Part shown: positions 45,619 through 54,762 of the stretch, piece after piece
Layout: each line of letters starts with the position of its first letter
Position numbering within the stretch: the stretch's first letter is position 1
Assembly (NCBI GenBank): GCA_964512105.1
Contig: CAZEGI010000002.1
Coordinates: 15,125 to 79,124 of the forward strand
Reading direction: 5' to 3'
DNA length: 64,000 nt
DNA from: an uncultured archaeon
GTDB lineage: Archaea; Altiarchaeota; Altiarchaeia; IMC4; CAZEGI01
The notes under the pieces: model-generated
The model's database searches: none
Seen by the model: only the letters and a program-made list of their open reading frames with translations
Told to the model about the DNA's origin: nothing
Position numbers and translations under genes: made by a program

Positions 45619-46896
45619 TCACTTTCGTGCTTTTCCAATCCATTCCCTACCTTCCCCGACAAGCTCATCCAGCGCGTTTCTGTCAACGCCCTCCGCTGTG
45701 ATTCTGACATACGGTTCTGTTCCGCTCGGGCGTATGAGAATCCATCCCTCATCCGTTGAAATTCGTATACCGTCGGTATCATCGTAATCTTCCTTGATAA
45801 TCTTCTTCAAATTATCCATAATAATCCCCTTTTCATCCTCCCCGCATGGAATCTTCACGCGCTCCATCGGGTAGCTTTTTATCTCCTCAAGCCTTTCGTA
45901 AAAAAATCCGTCAGCAACCATGCTCACGGTTTTTGCAACCGTTGCTATCCCATCCGGAAATATGTGGATGTCCGGGAATATGTACGCCCCGGAAGGTTCG
46001 CCGCCGAAGTCCGCGTTATTTTTTCTTATTCCTTCCGCGACAAAAACGTCCCCAACCTTCGTTCTGATAACCTCGTTGCACACGTCCTCAATCCGCATGG
46101 ATGCGTCAACCGTCGTCACAACCCTGTCAAGGTCGTATGCAAGAACCGAGAGGAACGAATCCCACTCGATGAGTTTTCCGTCTTTTCCAATCGCTGCTGT
46201 TCTATCCGCATCGCCGTCGTGCGCGAATGCGATGTCAACCTTTTTTTTCTTCACGAGTTTGCACGTTTCCGCAAGGTTTTCTGCAGTCGGTTCCAGTTCA
46301 TGCGGAAAATTTCCGTCCTGGTTCGTGTTTATCGCTATCACGTCGCAGCCCATTTTTTCCAAGAGTTTTGGCGTGATGACGGAACCTGCACCACCGGCGC
46401 AGTCCACGAGAACTCTCACATCGTTGACTGTTCCTATTTTTTTTAGAATAAGGTTGATGTGTTTTTCAACGTAGTTGCGCTTCTCAACAACCCCGCACCG
46501 TTTTCCCTTTTTGAATTTTTTCGAGAAGAAGATTTTTTCGACTGCGTTTTCCTGCTCCGGGTTGTATGCCCCGCTCGTGTTCCAGAACTTGAAGCCATTG
46601 TATTCCGGCGGGTTGTGCGATGCCGTAACCATAACCCCGGTTCCGTGCTCCGCGGTTGCGACTCCAACGGTAGGCGTCGGTACCAAGCATATGTCGATCA
46701 CGTTTTTTCCCGATGAAATCAATCCCGAAATGAACGCGCTCTCAAGCAACGGTCCGGATTTGCGGGTGTCGCGTCCTATGACGATTTTTTCGTCGGGTGT
46801 ATAGGTAGCCAGCGCCCTTGCCAGAGCGATCACAAATTCCGGAGGAAGTTCGGAAACACGTCTCCTGACACCGGAAGTCCCGAAAAGTTTTCCCAT
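45619..46896 (-). CDS. glmM: Phosphoglucosamine mutase / phosphomannomutase (alpha-D-phosphohexomutase family)
   Basis: GTSGVRR near the N-terminus, TASHNPPEYNGFKF active-site Ser loop, and the GEPSG sugar-binding loop. Confidence 0.85.
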   Translation of the reverse strand: MGKLFGTSGVRRRVSELPPEFVIALARALATYTPDEKIVIGRDTRKSGPLLESAFISGLISSGKNVIDICLVPTPTVGVATAEHGTGVMVTASHNPPEYNGFKFWNTSGAYNPEQENAVEKIFFSKKFKKGKRCGVVEKRNYVEKHINLILKKIGTVNDVRVLVDCAGGAGSVITPKLLEKMGCDVIAINTNQDGNFPHELEPTAENLAETCKLVKKKKVDIAFAHDGDADRTAAIGKDGKLIEWDSFLSVLAYDLDRVVTTVDASMRIEDVCNEVIRTKVGDVFVAEGIRKNNADFGGEPSGAYIFPDIHIFPDGIATVAKTVSMVADGFFYERLEEIKSYPMERVKIPCGEDEKGIIMDNLKKIIKEDYDDTDGIRISTDEGWILIRPSGTEPYVRITAEGVDRNALDELVGEGREWIGKARK

Positions 46897-46897
46897 T

Positions 46898-47839
46898 CTA
46901 CTTCCCAACAGAAGCGAGACGCGCGAGAAGTGCCTCCAGTTGAATGCGTTCGTTCGCGCCTTCAACAAGAGTGAAGTTCGTTTCACCCACCAAATCAACA
47001 ATGTGGACTTTTTTTTCGTCCGGCAATTCCAAATTCATTGCCTCGGAGTTCATCTGCAGAAGTATGTCCTCCCCCGATAAGCCCTGGGCCAGCATGAGGC
47101 TATCCAGCAGGTTTCGTGCGTCAAGAAACTTACCTTTGAGCGCGAGCCCCATCATGTTTTTTATGTCCTCCGGCCTCGCGCGCGATGCGATTGAGAAAAC
47201 GGATTTCTCATCCACATGTCCGAGGGCGGCCGCAGTCTGTGCGACGTTTATCGCCTTTCTTAAATCACCTTCGGATATGTAAACTATGGCGTCTATCCCG
47301 TCCTTCGTGTGCTTCACCTTTTCTTCCTTGAGTATGTGCTCCACCATCCTTGCGATGTCCTCTTTTTTCAGGCGTTTGAACCTGAAGATTGCGCACCGGC
47401 TCTGTATGGGTTCAATAATTTTTGAGCTGTAATTGCACGAAAGGATGAAGCGGCACGTTTCCGTGTAACTCTCCATGGTTCTTCTGAGCGCGTTCTGCGC
47501 TTCCGGAGTGAGTGCATCTGCTTCGTCAAGGAATATTATCTTAAACTCGCTCCCTATGGGTCGCGTTCGTGCGAAATCCTTGATCTTTGTTCTCACGACG
47601 TCGATACCGCGCTCGTCAGATGCGTTCAGCTCGAGGAAACCCTGGTGGATATCGCCGAAAAGTTCCCTGGCAATGCACAGCGCAGCTGTTGTTTTTCCGC
47701 ATCCCGCAGGGCCCGCAAAAAGCAGATGCGGCATGGACTTTACCTTCACGTACGCTTCTAAACGGTCGGTTATGTGCTCCTGCCCGACCATGTCTTTGAG
47801 TTTTTTCGGCCTGTATTTCTCAGTCCAGGGTAATTCCAT
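46898..47839 (-). CDS. rfcS: Replication factor C small subunit
   Basis: WTEKYRPKKLKDMVGQEHI ... LLFAGPAGCGKTT ... DEAD box IIFLDEADALT ... SRC motif CNYSSKIIEPIQSRC. No intein. Confidence 0.9.
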   Translation of the reverse strand: MELPWTEKYRPKKLKDMVGQEHITDRLEAYVKVKSMPHLLFAGPAGCGKTTAALCIARELFGDIHQGFLELNASDERGIDVVRTKIKDFARTRPIGSEFKIIFLDEADALTPEAQNALRRTMESYTETCRFILSCNYSSKIIEPIQSRCAIFRFKRLKKEDIARMVEHILKEEKVKHTKDGIDAIVYISEGDLRKAINVAQTAAALGHVDEKSVFSIASRARPEDIKNMMGLALKGKFLDARNLLDSLMLAQGLSGEDILLQMNSEAMNLELPDEKKVHIVDLVGETNFTLVEGANERIQLEALLARLASVGK

Positions 47840-47892
47840 CTTACGTCTATAGTTTTGTACGGCTGTGTGAACTACTTATCTTGATCTAAGGT

Positions 47893-47945
47893 GTATTCGC
47901 CAGAGCGAATACGCCACTTTTGATAAACCTTTTGGAAAAAGGTTT
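47893..47945. repeat. Two adjacent perfect hairpins in the rfcS-ileS divergent intergenic region: gtattcgc-caga-gcgaatac (47893-47912) and palindromic element copy 3, cttttgataaaccttttggaaaaaggttt (47918-47945)
   Basis: Inverted repeats read directly. The second shares ttttgataaaCCTTTTg..AAAAGGttt with the tRNA-Gly-associated copies. Confidence 0.7.
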
Positions 47946-47982
47946 GGGGAGTTCCATCTTGCGTAGTTATTATCCAAAAATC

Positions 47983-47990
47983 CTTATAAA
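47983..47990 (+). promoter_or_regulatory. TATA-box-like element (cttataaa), ~30 nt upstream of the conserved ileS leader block
   Basis: The AT-rich octamer is at the expected distance from the inferred leader 5' end (~48015). Confidence 0.4.
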
Positions 47991-48015
47991 CTGAGAATAC
48001 ACTTAATTTAACTTT

Positions 48016-48123
48016 AAAATCAGATACTCCACCCTAGTTGCGGAGTATTACTTCCAAACACGCAAATGGGTATCGGAGGTGTAAACGCGAGGTAGATACA
48101 ATTCATATCCTCGCGTGTTTGTA
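48016..48123 (+). promoter_or_regulatory. Conserved structured 5' leader, copy A (upstream of ileS). Hairpin 1 is atactccac...gcggagtat (48024-48048). Hairpin 2 is acgcgagg-16 nt-cctcgcgt (48085-48116). Then gtttgta before the ATG.
   Basis: Near-identical blocks and spacing to 51267-51384. Stems are conserved while loops differ. Confidence 0.6.
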
Positions 48124-51100
48124 ATGAGACCCGCAGGCGAGTACAAACCCAGGGGAATGGAGGAGGGAATCCTCAAATTCTGGAAGGAAAAGGGCATTCC
48201 GGAAAGGACACTGACTGACGGCAAAAAACGCTTCTCCTTTCTGGAGGGGCCGCCAACGCCGAATGCGCCACCTGCACTTCACCATGTTGAAGTCCGCGCC
48301 TTCAAGGACCTTGTGAACCGGTTTAAATTCATGCAGGGTTTCAGTGTTCCGAGAAAGGCAGGATGGGACTGCCACGGGTTGCCTGTGGAAGTGCAGATAG
48401 AGAAGAAACTGAAGCTGAACTCGAAGAAGGAGATTGTAAGTTACGGGATTGACAGGTTCGTGGAGGAGTGCAGAAAAAGCGTCTTCAGCAACATCGAGGA
48501 CTGGAACAAACTCACTGAGAGAATGGCGTACTGGATTGATATGGAAAATCCCTATGTCACCATGCGCAACGAATACATCGAGAGCGTCTGGTGGTCGCTG
48601 AAGGAGATCTGGAAGAAAGGTTTGCTTTACCTGGATCACAAAGTCGTTCCCTACTGCCCGAGATGCGGAACGCCGCTTTCGAGCCACGAGGTTGCACTCG
48701 GATATCAGGAAATTAAAGAAGAAACCGTCATAGTGCGGTTTCAGGCGAAGGATAAGGACTTTTATTTTTTGGCATGGACCACGACGCCGTGGACGTTACT
48801 CTCGAACCTCGCGCTTGCGGTAAACCCGAAGTTGGAATATGCGAAGATAAGGTACAAGGGCGAGAACTACGTGCTCGCAAAGGAGCTTGCTGAAAAGCGA
48901 TTTCCTGATTCGGAAGTTCTCGAAACCTTCATGGGCAGCGAGCTTTTGGGTATCGAGTATCAGCCGTTATTCAGCCATTTTGTAGGAAAACTGGACAAGA
49001 AGGCATGGTTCGTTATAGGAGGCGATTTTGTAACAATCGAGGAGGGGACAGGAATCGTTCACATCGCGCCGGCATTCGGCGAGGACGACTTCAACGCAGG
49101 GAAGAAGAACAACCTGCCCCTAGTCAATCCCATAAGCGAGGACGGCAAGTTTACGGAGCAGATACCGGAACTGAAAGGCATGTTTGCAAAGGATGCGGAC
49201 TCAAGGATTGTGAGCATTCTCGAGGAGCAGGACGCGCTGATAGCGAAGTATCCTTACAAGCACGACTACCCATTCTGCTGGCGCTGTTCATCACCGCTTT
49301 TGTATTATGCAATGAAATCCTGGTTCATAGCCATGGAGAAGCTGAAAAAAAACCTCATCAGCAACAACAACAGGGTCAAGTGGTTCCCGGAGCACATGAA
49401 GAGCGGCAGGTTTGGAGACTGGCTCGAGAACGTCAAGGACTGGTCGCTTTCAAGAAACAGGTTCTGGGGAACGCCGCTTCCGATTTGGATTTGTGAATGT
49501 GGAAACAAGGAAGTTATCGGGTCAAGAAAGGAGCTGACTGAAAAATCCGCGAGTAAGATTGATGCAAACATTGATTTGCACCGACCATATGTGGACAAGG
49601 TAAAGCTCAAATGCAGGTGCGGAAAACTTATGAGCCGGGTGGATTACGTGATTGACTGCTGGTACGATTCCGGTGCAGCAACCTTCGCGCAGTACCATTA
49701 TCCGTTTGAAAATAAGGAATTGTTTGAGAGGAGTTTTCCGTACGATTTCATCTGCGAGGCAACGGACCAGACAAGAGGATGGTTCTACACACTGCTTGCA
49801 ATCTCAACCGTGATTTTCAACAAACCGGCTTACAAGAGCGTTGTTGTTGGCGGTTTGCTGTTGGATGACAAAGGCGAAAAAATGTCCTCAAGCAAGGACA
49901 ACATAATACATCCATGGGATCTTTTCAACACCGTCGGTGCGGACGCCGTGAGGTTGCAGATGTTCGCAACAGCGCCCTGGAACGCAAAGCGATTCGGGAA
50001 GGAAACTTTGGATGAAACAGCAATACCAATGCTGAGAACGCTGTGGAGCTGCTATGAGTTCACGACGCGATACATGCTGCTGGACAGGTTCGAGCCGAGC
50101 AAACACCAACTGGGAGACGCAAAACTCAGGATTGAGGACGAGTGGATTCTGTCAGCTGTTGACGCGCTTGCGGAAAACGTAAACAGGAATCTTGAAAACA
50201 ACGATTACCACCACCTCGTTGCGAACATGAACAATTTCGTCACCGAAGACCTGTCAAGGGGTTACATAAAACTCATACGTGACAGGTTATGGCTCGAGGA
50301 CAAGGGCAGTAAGATGGATGAATCAAAGTTTGCGGCGTATGTAACGCTGTCCGAAGTTTTCAGGAGGTTGTGTACTATTCTTGCACCGGCAGCGCCCTTC
50401 ATTGCAGAAGAGATCTACCAGAATCTGGTTAAAGGCAGGGAGGAGAGCGTGCATTTCCTGAAGTGGCCGAAGCCCGAGCACATCAACCCTGAACTTGGAT
50501 TCCAGATGAACCTTGCAAAAAAGATTTTCGAGGCAGGGAGCAACTGCAGGCAGAACGCTGGAATAAAACTCAGGCACCCTATAAAATCCGTAACCGTGGT
50601 TGGCGACTCGAAAGTCAGAAAAACCGTTGATACTCTCGGAGAAGTGATAAAGAAGCAACTGAACGCCAAGGATGTGAAATTTGTGGATGAGATTCCTGGC
50701 ACAAAGTATATCGGAGTTCCGAATTTCAAGATTCTTGGACCGAAATTCGGTAAGGATGCTGTCCGGGTTGCGGAACTCATACGTGAAAACGGAAAGAAAC
50801 TAAGGGAGCGTAAAAAAATAAATCTGGACGGTTACGAGATAACTCCCGAGATGGTTTCCGATGTGAGGGTTGAAACTCCCGAGGGATATATATCGGCTGC
50901 GTTCGCCCTTGAAAATACCAGCGGAATCGTGTACATAGATGCAGAGCGCGACCCAAGTTTACTGCACGAGGCGCTTGCCCGTGATGTCATAAGAAACGTC
51001 CAGGAGCTCAGGAAAAAATCAAATCTTGAGGAACTTGAGCGCATACACGTCTTTATAACCGATACCGCAATGGTGAGGGAAATGCTGAAGGGCTTCGAGC

Positions 51101-51216
51101 GTGTTGTCCTTGACGAGGTCAGGGCGGACAAAATCGTGCTGGAAAAAAGCGTTAAGGGTGCGGAATTCGAATTCGACGAGGAAACAATAAGCGTCGGCAT
51201 AAAAACCGGTTTTTAA
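48124..51216 (+). CDS. ileS: Isoleucyl-tRNA synthetase (archaeal/eukaryotic type). ATG at 48124; the ORF-track start at 48115 is a GTG inside the leader hairpin.
   Basis: HVEVRAFKDLVNRF-type N-terminus, editing domain, KMSSSKDN (KMSKS-like). 1030 aa. Confidence 0.95.
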   Translation: MRPAGEYKPRGMEEGILKFWKEKGIPERTLTDGKKRFSFLEGPPTPNAPPALHHVEVRAFKDLVNRFKFMQGFSVPRKAGWDCHGLPVEVQIEKKLKLNSKKEIVSYGIDRFVEECRKSVFSNIEDWNKLTERMAYWIDMENPYVTMRNEYIESVWWSLKEIWKKGLLYLDHKVVPYCPRCGTPLSSHEVALGYQEIKEETVIVRFQAKDKDFYFLAWTTTPWTLLSNLALAVNPKLEYAKIRYKGENYVLAKELAEKRFPDSEVLETFMGSELLGIEYQPLFSHFVGKLDKKAWFVIGGDFVTIEEGTGIVHIAPAFGEDDFNAGKKNNLPLVNPISEDGKFTEQIPELKGMFAKDADSRIVSILEEQDALIAKYPYKHDYPFCWRCSSPLLYYAMKSWFIAMEKLKKNLISNNNRVKWFPEHMKSGRFGDWLENVKDWSLSRNRFWGTPLPIWICECGNKEVIGSRKELTEKSASKIDANIDLHRPYVDKVKLKCRCGKLMSRVDYVIDCWYDSGAATFAQYHYPFENKELFERSFPYDFICEATDQTRGWFYTLLAISTVIFNKPAYKSVVVGGLLLDDKGEKMSSSKDNIIHPWDLFNTVGADAVRLQMFATAPWNAKRFGKETLDETAIPMLRTLWSCYEFTTRYMLLDRFEPSKHQLGDAKLRIEDEWILSAVDALAENVNRNLENNDYHHLVANMNNFVTEDLSRGYIKLIRDRLWLEDKGSKMDESKFAAYVTLSEVFRRLCTILAPAAPFIAEEIYQNLVKGREESVHFLKWPKPEHINPELGFQMNLAKKIFEAGSNCRQNAGIKLRHPIKSVTVVGDSKVRKTVDTLGEVIKKQLNAKDVKFVDEIPGTKYIGVPNFKILGPKFGKDAVRVAELIRENGKKLRERKKINLDGYEITPEMVSDVRVETPEGYISAAFALENTSGIVYIDAERDPSLLHEALARDVIRNVQELRKKSNLEELERIHVFITDTAMVREMLKGFERVVLDEVRADKIVLEKSVKGAEFEFDEETISVGIKTGF

Positions 51217-51227
51217 CCCCCAAAACA

Positions 51228-51236
51228 TTTTTATAT
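51228..51236 (+). promoter_or_regulatory. TATA-box-like element (tttttatat), ~30 nt upstream of the rpl21e leader
   Basis: AT-rich box with an upstream A-rich BRE-like caaaaca. Confidence 0.4.
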
Positions 51237-51266
51237 CCTAATACTTAAAGATATTACCTTTGGTTC

Positions 51267-51384
51267 AAAATCAAATACTCCACCCTAAAGGGCGGAGTAT
51301 GACTTACAAACACTAGAATGTACAAAAACCAAAAACAGGGGGGTGGAAACGCGAGGTAGAGGAATGTATCCTCGCGTGTTTGTA
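51267..51384 (+). promoter_or_regulatory. Conserved structured 5' leader, copy B (upstream of the rpl21e-rpoF operon). Hairpin 1 is atactccaccc...gggcggagtat (51275-51300). Hairpin 2 is acgcgagg-13 nt-cctcgcgt (51349-51377). Then gtttgta before the ATG.
   Basis: See copy A. Identical 8-bp stem 2 and identical 7-nt spacer to the start codon. Confidence 0.6.
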
Positions 51385-51666
51385 ATGAAGGGCTCAAAGG
51401 GTTACCGGCGTGGAACGCGGAAACTAATCGTTAAACCGAGGGCGAGAGGCAAGTTCAGCATACGGAAGGAACTGCAAACGTTCGAAGACAACGACAAGGT
51501 TGCGGTAACCATAAACCCCCACTACCAGGCCATCCCAAACCCACGCCTCAGGGGCAAATGTGGCAGGGTGGTCGGTAGGCAGGGTAGGGCATATTTCGTG
51601 GAACTAAAGGACGGCAACAAGCTAAAAAAAGTTCTGATAACACCGGAACATTTAACTTCAGTATAA
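51385..51666 (+). CDS. rpl21e: Ribosomal protein L21e. Start set at MKGSKGYRRGTRKL; the ORF-track upstream extension lies inside the conserved leader.
   Basis: The GYRRGTRKL N-terminal motif is characteristic of L21e. Leader conservation places the start at 51385. Confidence 0.85.
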   Translation: MKGSKGYRRGTRKLIVKPRARGKFSIRKELQTFEDNDKVAVTINPHYQAIPNPRLRGKCGRVVGRQGRAYFVELKDGNKLKKVLITPEHLTSV

Positions 51667-51672
51667 ATCAAA

Positions 51673-52017
51673 ATGGAATCTCTGGGCGGCGGGCCGATAC
51701 CGATGGCCGAGGTCAGGAACATCCTGAACGAAACGAAGAGAAGATACAAGGATGAGGATAAGGAGCCGTTGTACGAACAGAAGCGGGCTCTGGAACACGT
51801 CCAGAAGTTTGTGAGATTAACGGCGGCAGACACAAAAAAGCTGTTCGCCCAACTGAAGGAACTGCCACTGCAGCTTACGGACGAGCAGGCAGTGAAGATT
51901 GCGGACCTTCTGCCGGAAACGGTCGACGACGTGAGGGCGATATTCGCGAAGGAACGCTTTAAATACAAAGAAGACGAAATCAAACAGATAACGGATCTGG
52001 TTGACCAATACCGTTGA
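51673..52017 (+). CDS. rpoF: DNA-directed RNA polymerase subunit Rpo4/F
   Basis: ~110-aa helical (HRDC-like) protein in the conserved rpl21e-rpoF-DUF655 gene order. Confidence 0.6.
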   Translation: MESLGGGPIPMAEVRNILNETKRRYKDEDKEPLYEQKRALEHVQKFVRLTAADTKKLFAQLKELPLQLTDEQAVKIADLLPETVDDVRAIFAKERFKYKEDEIKQITDLVDQYR

Positions 52018-52058
52018 TGCTGAAAAACAAGAGGTTCTAAAAAATTCACGAGGTTAAA

Positions 52059-52634
52059 ATGGAAAAGGATGAATACGTCCAAATACTGGACTTCCTGCCG
52101 AGGGGGAAATCCGAAATGCCGCCGCACAAGCGCAAGCCGATAGCGCAGGCCGTGGGTGAGAAGTACTTTTCCCTGCTCGAGATAGTGCCGCGGGCGGGGA
52201 TATCCTTCAACCAGGGGGAGCGGGTTTACATCGGTGAGGGGGTCAGGGACAAGGTTGACCACATAGAGCGCAGGATAAAGTTCGACTGGCTCACGCCGAC
52301 TGCCAAAACCGAGCTGCCGTTAATCCTGGAGAAAATCATACGGGAAAACGAGGGCAGTTTCATAAACTTTTACAATACCGCGGGCATAATAAGCACGCGC
52401 CAGCACAAACTCGAGATACTGCCGAGAATCGGGAAGCGGCACAGGCAGGAAATACTTGACGAGAGGGGGAGGGAGCCATTCAAGAGCTTCGAGGACATGC
52501 AAAAGCGTATTAAGAACATTCCCGATCCTGTGCGAATCCTGGCGGACAAGATTGTGGAGGAACTGCAGGGTAAAAGCAAATACCTCCTTTTCGTGCCTCT
52601 GGTTAGGGACACAAGGCCTGGGACGCATTTTTAA
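52059..52634 (+). CDS. DUF655/COG1491-family archaeal nucleic-acid-binding protein (OB-fold plus HhH)
   Basis: 191 aa, HhH-like LEILPRIGKRHRQEI. Conserved position after rpoF. Confidence 0.6.
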   Translation: MEKDEYVQILDFLPRGKSEMPPHKRKPIAQAVGEKYFSLLEIVPRAGISFNQGERVYIGEGVRDKVDHIERRIKFDWLTPTAKTELPLILEKIIRENEGSFINFYNTAGIISTRQHKLEILPRIGKRHRQEILDERGREPFKSFEDMQKRIKNIPDPVRILADKIVEELQGKSKYLLFVPLVRDTRPGTHF

Positions 52635-52667
52635 ATTCTCAATAGAATGTTATAAACCAGTTCGAGG

Positions 52668-52865
52668 GTGATAGAGATGGTGAAGATTAAAATAGATGCG
52701 GAAAAGTGCATCGGCTGCGGTGCATGCGTGAATGCATGTCCAGTGAACATGTACGAGATAGTGGATGAGAAGTCGAAGATAACCGGAGATCTGAACAGTT
52801 GTGTGCTTTGCAGGGCGTGCGAAACTGGTTGTCCTTCAGGAGCAATAAAAGTAAGTGAGAAGTGA
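52668..52865 (+). CDS. 2x[4Fe-4S] ferredoxin
   Basis: [12 protein letters not shown] and [12 protein letters not shown] cluster motifs. 65 aa. Confidence 0.8.
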   Translation: MIEMVKIKIDAEKCIGCGACVNACPVNMYEIVDEKSKITGDLNSCVLCRACETGCPSGAIKVSEK

Positions 52866-52875
52866 GGTGGTAGAT

Positions 52876-53175
52876 ATGGCTGGAATGGCTGAAGAAAAAA
52901 AGAGAGCGGACGACAACGTCGTCTTTATAGGGAAAAAGGGGATAATGAGTTACGTGTTGGCTGTCATTACACAGTTCAACAACGGCGAATCGGAAGTTAT
53001 AGTGAAGGCGAGAGGCAGGGCAATAAGCAGAGCGGTTGATGTGGCCGAAATAGTGAGGCAGAGGTTCGTGCAGAACCTCCAGACAAGAAACATAGAGATT
53101 TCGACAGAGGAAATCAATGGTGAGGAAGGTCCAATAAAGGTTTCGGCTATTGAAATTACGCTGGCTAAAGCTTAA
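52876..53175 (+). CDS. albA: Alba (Sso10b) DNA/RNA-binding protein
   Basis: [51 protein letters not shown] closely matches the Alba fold consensus. Confidence 0.85.
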   Translation: MAGMAEEKKRADDNVVFIGKKGIMSYVLAVITQFNNGESEVIVKARGRAISRAVDVAEIVRQRFVQNLQTRNIEISTEEINGEEGPIKVSAIEITLAKA

Positions 53176-53241
53176 CCCGCCGGAATCCCCAAGCGACGGG
53201 CGTTCTTTACCATTTGTTTTATTTTACCCGATTGAACAACA

Positions 53242-53730
53242 ATGGCACTACCGATATGCAACATTTGCGCAAAAACAGGAGTTTTGTGTTCGTCATGCGA
53301 GTCAAAACTGAAGGAGGGCAGAATTTCAGAACTTGACGTAGAGTTATCCAAAATCCTATACAAAATCGGAAAGGGCGAGATAGGTTTTGAGAAATCTCTT
53401 GACACAAAGGATTTCGTGATAATACTGGCAAAAAAAGAGGACATAGGCAAGATCATCGGCAAGAACGGCGTGAACATACGTCAGTTGTCAAGCAAACTCA
53501 ACAAGCAGGTTAGGGTTATCGGGACAGGAAACCTTGAAGATACAATCTACGATTTTGTCGCGCCCGCGCGGATTCTCGGGATAAACACGGTTTACCGACC
53601 GGACAACACGACCATAAAGCGCGTCAGGATAAACAAAAAAGACAAGAAAAAACTCCGCATGAAAATCGAGGAAATCCAGAAGCTGATTTCCTCGCTGACG
53701 GACAGCGTGATTGAGATAAGTTTCGACTAA
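53242..53730 (+). CDS. KH-domain RNA-binding protein with an N-terminal zinc ribbon (archaeal NusA-like/KH protein)
   Basis: CNIC...CSSC, then GKIIGKNGVNIRQL (KH GxxG loop) and a second KH-like segment. Confidence 0.45.
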   Translation: MALPICNICAKTGVLCSSCESKLKEGRISELDVELSKILYKIGKGEIGFEKSLDTKDFVIILAKKEDIGKIIGKNGVNIRQLSSKLNKQVRVIGTGNLEDTIYDFVAPARILGINTVYRPDNTTIKRVRINKKDKKKLRMKIEEIQKLISSLTDSVIEISFD

Positions 53731-53762
53731 ACATTTATATCCACACATTCAGAATTCTTTAC

Positions 53763-54761
53763 ATGTGGTTTGTAATTTATATACTCGCTTTTTTGGTTTC
53801 CGTCTATCTCATACTCCGCGGCTCGGACTGGATTACGGACTCGTCGGTTCATGTCGCACGCAGGCTCGGGACCAGCAACCTAGCTGTCGGCCTGATTGTG
53901 ATATCGTTCCTTCTGAGCCTGCCTGAGCTTGTTATTGCCATTTCGTCAATACTCAAGGGCCGTCCCGCGTTGGGTTTTGGCGCGAACATAGGTTCTGTAA
54001 TCGTGAACATCGGGCTGATCGTCGGTATATCCGCCCTCATAAGACCGATGCGCGTGCCCCGCATCATGGTGACGCGGGACATGATTTTCATGGTTGTTGT
54101 TTCCATCGTTGTGGTTGCGATGGCCATAGAGGATCGCTCGCTTTCGAGAACTGATGGTTTTGTATTCGTGCTGCTGTTTATACCCTACGTTATAAACGTC
54201 TACGAGCAGGAGCGTAACCTAACTTACCACGAGCGGAGGGTCAAGAGCGAGAAGCTGACCGAAGCCCTTGAAACCTATGGTGAATATGTGCCGGACCACA
54301 AGCCAAGATTTGGCCTGAACTACTTCATTCTTGGAATTTTTACACTGATTGTGGGTTCTGAAATTTTCATAAGGATATTGCTCAGTGTGGCATCGCTCAT
54401 GAATCTCCCAGACCTCCTTGTCGGTGTAACTCTGGGCGCACTTGGCCCTAGCATTCCGAATCTCGCGGCTGCCTTAGGTGCGGCAAGAAAGGGCGTCGAG
54501 GAGCTTGTTGTTTCAGAAACCCTGGGCTCGAACATCTTCACCCTGCTGATAACGCTCGGCATAATAGCCATACTCAGCCCCATGACGATAGACGATGCAA
54601 CTGTTATGATTACCGCGCCAACACTCCTGCTCGTAACCTTTGTCCTGCTTATCGCGATGTTGAAAGGCCATATACGGAGAAGGGACGGCATGCTTCTGGT
54701 CCTAATCTACGTTTGTGCGCTTATAGTTGAATTCGTCTTCAGGAGAAACGGCTTAATCTAA
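53763..54761 (+). CDS. Sodium/calcium exchanger family membrane protein (CaCA)
   Basis: Two alpha-repeat motifs (GSDWITDSS ... GANIGS and GALGPSIPNL ... GSNIFTLL). Confidence 0.8.
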   Translation: MWFVIYILAFLVSVYLILRGSDWITDSSVHVARRLGTSNLAVGLIVISFLLSLPELVIAISSILKGRPALGFGANIGSVIVNIGLIVGISALIRPMRVPRIMVTRDMIFMVVVSIVVVAMAIEDRSLSRTDGFVFVLLFIPYVINVYEQERNLTYHERRVKSEKLTEALETYGEYVPDHKPRFGLNYFILGIFTLIVGSEIFIRILLSVASLMNLPDLLVGVTLGALGPSIPNLAAALGAARKGVEELVVSETLGSNIFTLLITLGIIAILSPMTIDDATVMITAPTLLLVTFVLLIAMLKGHIRRRDGMLLVLIYVCALIVEFVFRRNGLI

Positions 54762-54762
54762 T

